Positions 54,892-62,558 of a stretch of DNA of 64,000 bases are shown piece by piece. Numbering within the stretch: position 1 is the first letter of the stretch; every line of letters starts with the position of its first letter. The notes beneath the pieces are model-generated. The model saw only the letters and a program-made list of their open reading frames with translations, had not been told where the DNA came from and ran no database searches. This DNA is from an uncultured virus (IMG/VR IMGVR_UViG_3300009431_000005) (taxonomy: Duplodnaviria; Heunggongvirae; Uroviricota; Caudoviricetes). The translations under genes were made by a program, and so were the position numbers. The DNA lies in IMG/VR virus record IMGVR_UViG_3300009431_000005; one strand, 5' to 3'.

Positions 54892-55412
54892 CAGAAAGGC
54901 GTCTCCCCGGTCAGGAAGGGATCAGGTTTGTGCGAGGGGAGTCCATCCCACCCCTCGCGTTTCGCTTGCGCGTCGACCTCGGCCTCTACTCGCAGCCACT
55001 CCTCCGGGTCGTACCCGCAGTAGCCCTGGACGCGGTTCCGGTCGAGGTTGTTCTCCTCGTGCGTCCCCCAGCGCAGGTTACACACGCGGTTGTCCTCCGG
55101 GTCGTGGTTCGGACCGTGCAGCACCTCCGCACCCACGAAGGGCGGCGGCCCAACGTGCGCGAGGAGCACCGCGAGATGCACCGACATCGAAGTCTGCTTC
55201 CCTTCCGCGCGCAGGTTCACGTACGGATAGAGCCCCCGGTACCCGCGACGCGACTGCTTCAGGACGCGCCCCTTGTACCGACGCGGCGCGACCTTCCCGC
55301 TCCTCGAACGCACCATCTCCGTGCGGTCGACAGAGCGAACGCGGCCGAGCGAGGACGCCTCGTAGCGTCCCGCGAATCCGGGGATGGGCTTCCACAGCTC
55401 CTTGTCGGTCAC
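54891..55412 (-). mobile_element. free-standing NUMOD4-HNH homing endonuclease
   Basis: WKPIPGFAGRYEASSLGRVRS (NUMOD4); VHLAVL..H...EVLHG...DNRVCNLRWGTHEENN. Confidence 0.88.
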
Positions 55413-55597
55413 TTCGAGTCGGTCAGCTTCTCCACCGCAGCCTCGAACCGCTGCAGCTTCTCCTCCAGGATGTGCTCCAGACGCTGCACCTCGCCCGAGA
55501 TGGTCTGCGCCGCTCTGTCGATCTGCTCCGCCGCCGACGAGATCGTGCTCGCCGCGCGTCGCACGTCCTCGGACCCCTGCAGGTACACGGACTCCAT
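55409..55597 (-). CDS. small coiled-coil hypothetical protein
   Basis: AGGAGG SD; MESVYLQGSEDV. Confidence 0.55.
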   Translation of the reverse strand: MESVYLQGSEDVRRAASTISSAAEQIDRAAQTISGEVQRLEHILEEKLQRFEAAVEKLTDSK

Positions 55598-55605
55598 CAC
55601 GCCTC

Positions 55606-55896
55606 CTATTCGAGCACCCACCGACGGATGCGTCTCGCCGCCCGAACCCACCAACGTCGACGCGGAGCGTGCGTGACCTTCCAACGCAACTGCGTGGCGG
55701 TCGGCCCCTGCATCGGCTGAAGCGGGATCAGGTCCTCGATGAGATTCCCCGGACTCGGGGCCTGGATAATCGGCATCTGGAACTCGCGGAACCCGTCCGC
55801 GAGCTGACGCCGCGCCTTGCGCCGTAGCCGCCACCGCCTCCAACGGGCTCGTACCCGCCAGATCGGAATGCGCTCGGGCTCTGGACAGAGCGTCAT
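55606..55896 (-). CDS. small basic protein containing a gp23 capsid-like motif
   Basis: ATGA-coupled to polA; MPIIQAPSPGNLIEDLIPLQPMQGPT. Confidence 0.5.
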   Translation of the reverse strand: MTLCPEPERIPIWRVRARWRRWRLRRKARRQLADGFREFQMPIIQAPSPGNLIEDLIPLQPMQGPTATQLRWKVTHAPRRRWWVRAARRIRRWVLE

Positions 55897-58772
55897 GCCG
55901 CCTCCGCCATGCGCTCCCACAGCTCGTCGATGTCAAGGTGATCGAGGTCGAGGCCGACGAGCGTCCCCCACGTCGAGCCGACCTCACAGTCGGCGATGAT
56001 CGGCACCTGCAGCCAGGACCAGTCGAGGCCCGGCAGCACTTCGTCGGAGAGCTGCGGCAGGTTCTCCATGATCCCCCTCGCCAGCGTCGCCACCTCGATG
56101 AACTCGTCGACATGGCAGTCGAAGATGATCGAGTCGTGGACGGTGAGGATGATCTTGGAGCGCAGGCCGCGCTTCCGCATCTCCCGCCAGATCAGCACGA
56201 GGGACATGAGCGTCATGTCCGACGCGGTGGACTGGATCGGGAAGTTGATCGCCTGCCGTAGCGCACGGGAGACGATCTGGTCGTCGACGGAGCGCACCTC
56301 GGGCACACGGCGGCGTCGTCCGGTGAAGGTCTCCAGGAAGCCCACGCGCTTGACGTGCCGCTCCAGCTTGGCGATCCCCGTCCGCAGCGCCGGGCGAACC
56401 TTGAAGTACCGCTCGATGAGCTTCTGCGCTTCCTCGACGGTGAGGAAGACGCCGTCCTTCTTGAGCGTGTTGACGAGCGCCGGAGGACCACCGCCGTACA
56501 GGATCCCGAAGTTCACCCGCTTGGAGCGTGTGCGCCACGCCTTCTGGTCCTTCGGGTCCAGCGCCTCGTACCCCTCCTTGCCGAGCCCGCTCACGTCGAT
56601 CGCCGTCTGCGTGTGAACGTCCGCGCCCGCCTTGTACGCGCGGATCATGCTGGGCTCTTTGAAGACCGAGGCCGCAACGCGCAGCTCGATCTGGCTGTAG
56701 TCGGCCTGAAGGATCAGGCCCTCGTCCCCGAAGCGCGAGACGTATGCGCGCTTCACGCGCCCGCCGTCCTTGTTCGGGATGTTCTGCAGGTTGGGGTTCG
56801 CCGACGCGAGCCGTCCGGTCACGGTGCCGTGCAGGAGGAACTCGCCGTGGAGCAGGCCGAAGGGATCGAGGCGCTCGGACAACGGGCGCACGAAGGTCCC
56901 GAGGAGCGTCTGCGCAGCGCGGTACTCCAGGATCGTGCTCGCCAGCTCGTTCCCGCGACGGTCCAGCTCCTGCAGCACCTCGGCGTCGGTCGAGAAGTGC
57001 TGCCACTCCGCCTTCTCCACCGCGTCGCGCACCACGTCCATGAACTCGGGCGGCTTGCCCTTGCGCTTCTTCGTGTGCGCAGTCTTCCACCGCTTGTACC
57101 TGAGCCCCAAACGATCGAGCCCGCCCTTCGTCAGATGGACGGGCTGCTCGCCGTAGTAGCCTCGGTCGAACAGGACGACTTGAAGCTGCGGCGTGCTGCC
57201 GGGGTTGAATGAGTCGCCCTTCCCAGCCGCCTCGCGGGCCTTGATGAACTTCCGGACCGTCGGCAACTCCTGGATCGCCGTCGCTGCCGCGTCCTGCTCG
57301 CCCTGGAAGTGCTCCTCCAAGTCGGCAGCGACCTCCTGGTCGACCTTCGCACCCTGGAACTCCATATCCGCGAGAACGTCGGAGAGGGCGGGCAGGAACG
57401 AGTCCGCGAGCAGCTCACACTTCTCCGTGAACTCGGGTGACTCGCGCATCGCGCGGTCGACGCGGCAGGTGCAGTCTGCGTCCATCCCCGCGTACCTGAA
57501 GATCAGCTCGCCCGGGATGTTGGAGTACGAGCCGCCGCGATCCGGGTCGCAGTCCGCGTGCGCAGCGATCCAGTCCTCCAACGGCTTCTCGTACCCGCCC
57601 ATGCCGGTGTAGGCATACGCGAGCGTCTTCAGCCCGTGGGTGCCGCGCTTCTCGTCGAGGGTCAGGTGCGTCGTCATCGTGTCGCGCACGTTGAGGACCT
57701 CGACCTTGAGCGCAGCGCGGATGTGCTTCGCGTCGAACTTGCTGTTCTGCGCGCGTTTGTCGATCTCGGGGTCAGCGAAGAACTCCGCCAGGGCCGCGAT
57801 CAGCGCGGGCCGCTCGTGCTCCTTCTCCCCGCCGATGCGCCACGGCGAGTCCGGGTGGTCGAACGGGACGGTGAAGCCATACCCCTCCTCGTCCGAGAAG
57901 CTGAAGCACGCGAGCGGGGGGAATTGGTCCTGCCACCAATCGAGAGCGCCCGTCTCCGTGTCGAAGTACACCGGGCGGCCGTTCTCCCTGAACGCCTGTA
58001 GCAGCGCCAGGACATCGTCCAGCTCGGTGAGGGTGAAATACTCCCCGAGCCCGAGCAGCTCCTCGTGCTCGCCCTTCAGGAAGGCGTCAGCGGTGCGCAG
58101 CGCCTCGGCGAAGCGGTCCAGCTCGTGATCGAAGCGGAGGATGTACGCCGGGTGCAGGCAACCGAGCACGCGCAGGTCCGGGAACTCGGGTCGAACGCAG
58201 TCGAGCAGCTTCCCGGTGAAAGAGGTGATCCCCGTCTGCCCGGCCAGGAACTCCAGGCTCCCGTTCCCGAGCGCGACGATCAGGCGCGGCTTCCGTGCGG
58301 CGATCTCGCGTATCAGCTCCGGCGAGCAGGACTTGATCTCGGTCTTGTTGGGGTTCCGATTCCTCGGCGGTCGGCAGCGCACGAGGTTCGTGATTCCCAC
58401 GCGCCACTCGCCGTCCATGAAGGACTCGATCGAGTTCCGTAGCAGCGTCCCCGATCGTCCAACGAAGGGCGTCGCCTTCCGGTCTTCGTCCGCGCCCGGT
58501 GCTTCCCCAACGAAGAGTACGTCGCACTCCGTCCATTCCTCCGAGACGCAGCGCGAAACGACCGTGTGTCCGTCCGGCTCCTTCGCCAGAATCTTGTCGG
58601 CGGTGCGGTGATACTCCCCGCCGCCTAGACAGTCGGGGAAGTCAGCACTCCACGGCAGGAGCGAGCACCAAAAGCAACCGGACTTCGGCTCGACCGTGCC
58701 CGGCTCCACGAAGGGCCGTGCCGTTGGCAGGCTGCCACTGGCAGACCGCAGTCGAGCTTTGATACCGCTCAC
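55893..58772 (-). CDS. polA: family A DNA polymerase with N-terminal uracil-DNA glycosylase-like domain
   Basis: UDG: VGEAPG, NLVRCRPP..RNP...EIKSC, HPAYILR; exo: FDTET, NSKFD, YAGMD; pol: TGRLAS..PNLQNIP, ADYSQIELRV, KRVNFGILYG, TVHDS. Confidence 0.95.
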   Translation of the reverse strand: MSGIKARLRSASGSLPTARPFVEPGTVEPKSGCFWCSLLPWSADFPDCLGGGEYHRTADKILAKEPDGHTVVSRCVSEEWTECDVLFVGEAPGADEDRKATPFVGRSGTLLRNSIESFMDGEWRVGITNLVRCRPPRNRNPNKTEIKSCSPELIREIAARKPRLIVALGNGSLEFLAGQTGITSFTGKLLDCVRPEFPDLRVLGCLHPAYILRFDHELDRFAEALRTADAFLKGEHEELLGLGEYFTLTELDDVLALLQAFRENGRPVYFDTETGALDWWQDQFPPLACFSFSDEEGYGFTVPFDHPDSPWRIGGEKEHERPALIAALAEFFADPEIDKRAQNSKFDAKHIRAALKVEVLNVRDTMTTHLTLDEKRGTHGLKTLAYAYTGMGGYEKPLEDWIAAHADCDPDRGGSYSNIPGELIFRYAGMDADCTCRVDRAMRESPEFTEKCELLADSFLPALSDVLADMEFQGAKVDQEVAADLEEHFQGEQDAAATAIQELPTVRKFIKAREAAGKGDSFNPGSTPQLQVVLFDRGYYGEQPVHLTKGGLDRLGLRYKRWKTAHTKKRKGKPPEFMDVVRDAVEKAEWQHFSTDAEVLQELDRRGNELASTILEYRAAQTLLGTFVRPLSERLDPFGLLHGEFLLHGTVTGRLASANPNLQNIPNKDGGRVKRAYVSRFGDEGLILQADYSQIELRVAASVFKEPSMIRAYKAGADVHTQTAIDVSGLGKEGYEALDPKDQKAWRTRSKRVNFGILYGGGPPALVNTLKKDGVFLTVEEAQKLIERYFKVRPALRTGIAKLERHVKRVGFLETFTGRRRRVPEVRSVDDQIVSRALRQAINFPIQSTASDMTLMSLVLIWREMRKRGLRSKIILTVHDSIIFDCHVDEFIEVATLARGIMENLPQLSDEVLPGLDWSWLQVPIIADCEVGSTWGTLVGLDLDHLDIDELWERMAEAA
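58722..58740. repeat. dispersed palindrome, copy 5 of 5
   Basis: CGTTGGCAGGCTGCCACTG. Confidence 0.85.
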
Positions 58773-59002
58773 CCGACGACCTCTGCCGACTCACGTCTGC
58801 GCCAGGGTTGCTCGTACTCTTCTACGAACGGGGACCCGTGCTGCTTCGGACGTGGTGGCGCGAGGCGATCGAACGGCAAAAGGAACACTCGGTGGGTAGC
58901 CGCATACGAGTCCCAGCACGCGACGCGAACGTCACAGCTAGAGCACTCTTCGCAGCGTTCCGGTGTTCCGAAGCATTGAGGGAGTCGCGTCTTCCGAGTC
59001 AT
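58769..59002 (-). CDS. small Cys-rich hypothetical protein
   Basis: CFG...CEECSSCDVRVAC; GTGA coupling to polA. Confidence 0.5.
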   Translation of the reverse strand: MTRKTRLPQCFGTPERCEECSSCDVRVACWDSYAATHRVFLLPFDRLAPPRPKQHGSPFVEEYEQPWRRRESAEVVG

Positions 59003-59082
59003 GAGCAGACAAGCAGGCAGGCCACCCCGGTATGTTTCCGAGGTGGCCTGCGCAGGTCAAGGATGACCCAAAAAAGTCCCGC

Positions 59083-60804
59083 TCAGGGATTGGGTTCGAT
59101 GCCGTAGGCGTCGATCTCCGGGTTCGTGAGGTTGCGAGTGCCCTTCGACATCTTCACACCGGACTGGAAGCCCGAGTGGCCGGAGAGCGGAGCACCCGCC
59201 GTCTCGCGTTCGATCTCGACCGTGCCGTTGTCGATGCCGCCACCCCACGGCGTGTCGAGACAGATCGCGGTGCGATTTCCCTTGATCTCGAAGCCGTCCA
59301 GGATCTCCAGCTTCTCGACGCCGGAGAAGGCCGCATGGTTGCGGTTCGCGTTGGGGTGGTCGCACTTGAAGCCCGAGACGATGACGTGCCGATGGCTGTA
59401 GCCGGTCGGCGTCAGGTACGCGCCGTGACCCTTGTCGGTCCAGGCGACGATCGCGCCGTTCGAGCGGAGCTGTCCGTGCTGCGCACCGTGGCTCTCGCAG
59501 TCGACGAACGCGGCGAGTCCCCTGCAGCCGACCAGCGTGAAGTCCGAGCCGCCGCCGGAACCCTCGTGGATGCCGCGTGCGATGCAGCGCAGCACGAGGA
59601 TGTCGCCGAACTGGCTGGGACCGGACTGCTGCCGGTTGGTCATCTGCAGGAACGTCCGTCCGTTCGAGAGGCCGTCCGCATACGGGAGCACCTCCAGGTC
59701 GACGAAGACGGAGTCGCCCTGGAAGTTGTCGCCATAGAACGAGTGCTCCTGCGCGGGCTCGAAGGTGACGCGGCGGAGGTCCCACTGCGCGGGTCCGTGC
59801 GCGCGACACGCCCACTTCATCCCGTAGCCGCCGTACCCGTTCCGCGACTGCACACCCAGGTGCAGGTCGTACCCGGTGATGAGTCCGACGACGTTGTTCA
59901 TCGCGGTCATCAAGGGCGCGTATGCGTGCTGGTTGTTGAAGATCCCGAGACCCTCCAGGCGGAAGCCGTCGACTCCGCCCAGGTTGCCCCAGAAGCTGTA
60001 CCCGCCGTGAACGCGAGTCGTGTCCTTGCCTTCGCCGAGCAGCGCGACGTCGCGGATCACGTCCGAGTCGTTCCACGTCGCCGTGAACTGCTTGCCGAGC
60101 GAACCCCCGCCGATCGAGCAGCCGGGATACGGGCGGTCGCCTTTGAGCAGGATCACGTCACCCGGGCGAGCACGTCGAATCGCCTCGGCCTCGGGGTACA
60201 CGAGCGGCAGGTGCCACTGGCCGTAGGTGCTGATGACCTGTCCCGTCTCCAGCATCGTGATCTTCCAGTCGCCGGGGCCGTCGCCGGTCGGCTCGATCTC
60301 GATGGTCGGAGTACCGATCGACACCTCCGGCGGAGGCTCGAAGCCGGAGTTTCCGCCGCCGGGCGGGTCGTACGGTCGCCACGGGACGCAACGGCGGTGC
60401 TTGCGAGCCCACCGGATCATCCGCGTGCGAATCTCCGGCGTGACGGTGATCGGACCGCGTCCGGCGATCAGGATCTCCTGGTCGACGCGCGGGAACTTGC
60501 AGCCGCCACGCGGGCGGATCTCCGTCACCTCCCCGAGCGGTTCGACTTCGTAGTCGACGATGAGACCGCGATCCGTGCGGCCGACTCCGCCTCTCCCGTC
60601 CCCCGTGTCGCTTCCGCGATCGACTTCGCCCTCCTCGCCGCGAGCAGGCTCCGTTTCCGGATCGGGGTCAGTCTCGGGGTCTTCCTCGTGGCCGCCTGGA
60701 CGACGGCCCCTGATGAGCTTCTTCAGACTTCGGGCCGACACGCCGATCGAGTCCGCATCCGCAGCGATCTCGTCGAGCGCCTCCCGCACTTCGCGTAGTT
60801 GCAT
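59083..60804 (-). CDS. putative right-handed beta-helix (pectin-lyase-fold) protein
   Basis: AIRRARPGDVILLKG cap motif, VALLGEGKDTTRV, repetitive short beta strands; AAGGAG SD; start uncertain. Confidence 0.55.
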   Translation of the reverse strand: MQLREVREALDEIAADADSIGVSARSLKKLIRGRRPGGHEEDPETDPDPETEPARGEEGEVDRGSDTGDGRGGVGRTDRGLIVDYEVEPLGEVTEIRPRGGCKFPRVDQEILIAGRGPITVTPEIRTRMIRWARKHRRCVPWRPYDPPGGGNSGFEPPPEVSIGTPTIEIEPTGDGPGDWKITMLETGQVISTYGQWHLPLVYPEAEAIRRARPGDVILLKGDRPYPGCSIGGGSLGKQFTATWNDSDVIRDVALLGEGKDTTRVHGGYSFWGNLGGVDGFRLEGLGIFNNQHAYAPLMTAMNNVVGLITGYDLHLGVQSRNGYGGYGMKWACRAHGPAQWDLRRVTFEPAQEHSFYGDNFQGDSVFVDLEVLPYADGLSNGRTFLQMTNRQQSGPSQFGDILVLRCIARGIHEGSGGGSDFTLVGCRGLAAFVDCESHGAQHGQLRSNGAIVAWTDKGHGAYLTPTGYSHRHVIVSGFKCDHPNANRNHAAFSGVEKLEILDGFEIKGNRTAICLDTPWGGGIDNGTVEIERETAGAPLSGHSGFQSGVKMSKGTRNLTNPEIDAYGIEPNP

Positions 60805-61334
60805 GGCAATGTTCTCCTTGGGAAAGAGGCCAAGGAGGCAGCCTATCAACACGAACGTGCGGCGAGGAAGCACGCGATCGCCAAAAGCGTGACGAGCGTG
60901 CCCACGTACAGGCGTAGGCGATCCTGGGGCGTCCGGGTCATCGGGGGCGCGGGGGGTCAGATTCCCAAAATAGGGGACCGACGGCTCTGCGGGGCCGCCG
61001 GTCCAGGCCCACCCCAGCGGGGGCCGAGAGACAAGGGAACCGTCCTACCTCGGCCGCCCCGGGGCCGCAAGCCCCTCTTTTTGCTTTCCCCGGGATCGGT
61101 GGTACTGTGAGGATACCTACGGGGGACTGAAGCGACCCCGCATGGTTGTGAGGAGCTGAGAGAACCTCCTCTCGTCTTCCTAGACGACGGCCCCCGGGAC
61201 GACCTCCTGACGCCCCGGGGGCCACTTTGGTTCCGCCCTTCCCCGGTCTTCCGACCCCTCTGTTCGCCCGGGGTCCGCACACCTACAATGCGCCCCTCAA
61301 TGTTCCGAGGCGCGTAGCGTCTCTCAAATAGATA

Positions 61335-61478
61335 ATGGATCACCACTGGAACCTGGAGCCGTCCGAAGCGGTCGCCCAGGAGGAGGTCATCGAGGCGGGT
61401 AGCCTGAACGACGCCACGCTGGCGGCCATCAACGCGGCCGTCGCTGCGGCCGTCGCGGAGGCCCTGGCTGCCAAGTAG
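61335..61478 (+). CDS. 47 aa Ala-rich peptide (only plausible plus-strand gene)
   Basis: MDHHWNLEPSEAVAQEEVIEAGSLNDATLAAINAAVAAAVAEALAAK, high GC3, followed by a terminator. Confidence 0.4.
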   Translation: MDHHWNLEPSEAVAQEEVIEAGSLNDATLAAINAAVAAAVAEALAAK

Positions 61479-61499
61479 CCGGACCTCAATCTCATCCCG

Positions 61500-61535
61500 A
61501 GCCCGGTCGCCCGACGCGGCGGCCGGGCTTTCTTC
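61500..61535 (+). terminator. putative intrinsic terminator
   Basis: AGCCCGGTCGCC-loop-GGCGGCCGGGCT followed by TTCTT; also lies right after the convergent primase stop. Confidence 0.6.
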
Positions 61536-61538
61536 GTG

Positions 61539-62555
61539 TCAGCGTCCCAGTCGTTGACGAATGCGATCGGCGGTGGACGGGACGCCGCGTCCTTCGAGCA
61601 GCATCTCCAGCTCGTCCCGACGTTCCCACGGGTCGCCCTGGTCGAGTCCGAGCACCGTCACCTCCGGCACGACAGGGAGCAGCGCAGAGTACAGCGCGTC
61701 GATCTCCTTCCCCGCCATGTGGTCGAGTGCGATCACGACCTCCTGCAGTCCCGCCGCGCGCAGGTGCGCGAACAGCCTGACCTGCTCCGGTGAGGCGAAC
61801 TTCCCGAGCAGCGCGACCGCGTGCTCGAAGGCCATCATGTCGAACGGTCCCTCGACCACCGCGATGCGTTCGACGCCGAGGCAGTTGTCGTAGTTGAGCA
61901 GACACGTCCCGCGTTGGTGGAAGCCTTCCTCGTTCGGCTCGTTGAGCGACTTCGGGATGCGTTCGTCGTCCGGGTCGTCGCACAGGCGCGTCGTGAAGTA
62001 CACCTGCGCGTTCTCCTGGATCACCGGGAACACGAGCCGGTTCCGATACCGCCCCTGCGTGCAGTACCCGATCTGGAAGCGTTCGACGAACTCCCAGGGC
62101 ACGCCTCGATCCTCCAGGTACTCCAAGCCCGGACGGAGGCTCGGGGCCTTCAACGTCTTCTTCTCCGCGTCCGCGAGGATCAGGCACGGCAGCGGCAGCT
62201 CGCGCGGCTTCAGATCCGGGAGTGGCTCAGGCGGAGCGAAGACCTCGCGCACCGCACGCGCGACGCTCGTGCGCGGGGGCGTCGTCTCGTCGCGGAGGAG
62301 AGCCAGCTCCTCCATCCGCACGAAGCCACCGTTGAGGTAGCGAAAGAGCTGTCCGAAGCTACCGAAGGCGAAGCCACAGCGGAAGCATCCGCCGACGCGC
62401 TTCTGCACGTTGATCCCGAGCTTGCGTCCTCGGCTCTCCGTCCCGATGCGGTCGATGCACGCCGGGCAGTTGAACTGGTACTCCGGTCCGCGCCCCGAGT
62501 GCGCGCCCATCCGCTCGTCGAGGTACGCGAGCAGGTTGGTGAGCTTGCGGACCAC
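61539..62555 (-). CDS. DNA primase (Zn finger + TOPRIM)
   Basis: CPAC...CFRC; EYLEDRG, RNRLVFPV, VVEGPFD, VIALD. Confidence 0.88.
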   Translation of the reverse strand: MVRKLTNLLAYLDERMGAHSGRGPEYQFNCPACIDRIGTESRGRKLGINVQKRVGGCFRCGFAFGSFGQLFRYLNGGFVRMEELALLRDETTPPRTSVARAVREVFAPPEPLPDLKPRELPLPCLILADAEKKTLKAPSLRPGLEYLEDRGVPWEFVERFQIGYCTQGRYRNRLVFPVIQENAQVYFTTRLCDDPDDERIPKSLNEPNEEGFHQRGTCLLNYDNCLGVERIAVVEGPFDMMAFEHAVALLGKFASPEQVRLFAHLRAAGLQEVVIALDHMAGKEIDALYSALLPVVPEVTVLGLDQGDPWERRDELEMLLEGRGVPSTADRIRQRLGR

Positions 62556-62558
62556 GAA

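Noticed and set aside
37606..58772. Inteins or introns in TerL, RecA or PolA
   Set aside because: Motifs are contiguous and no intein splice-junction or embedded endonuclease insert was seen; the HNH gene is free-standing
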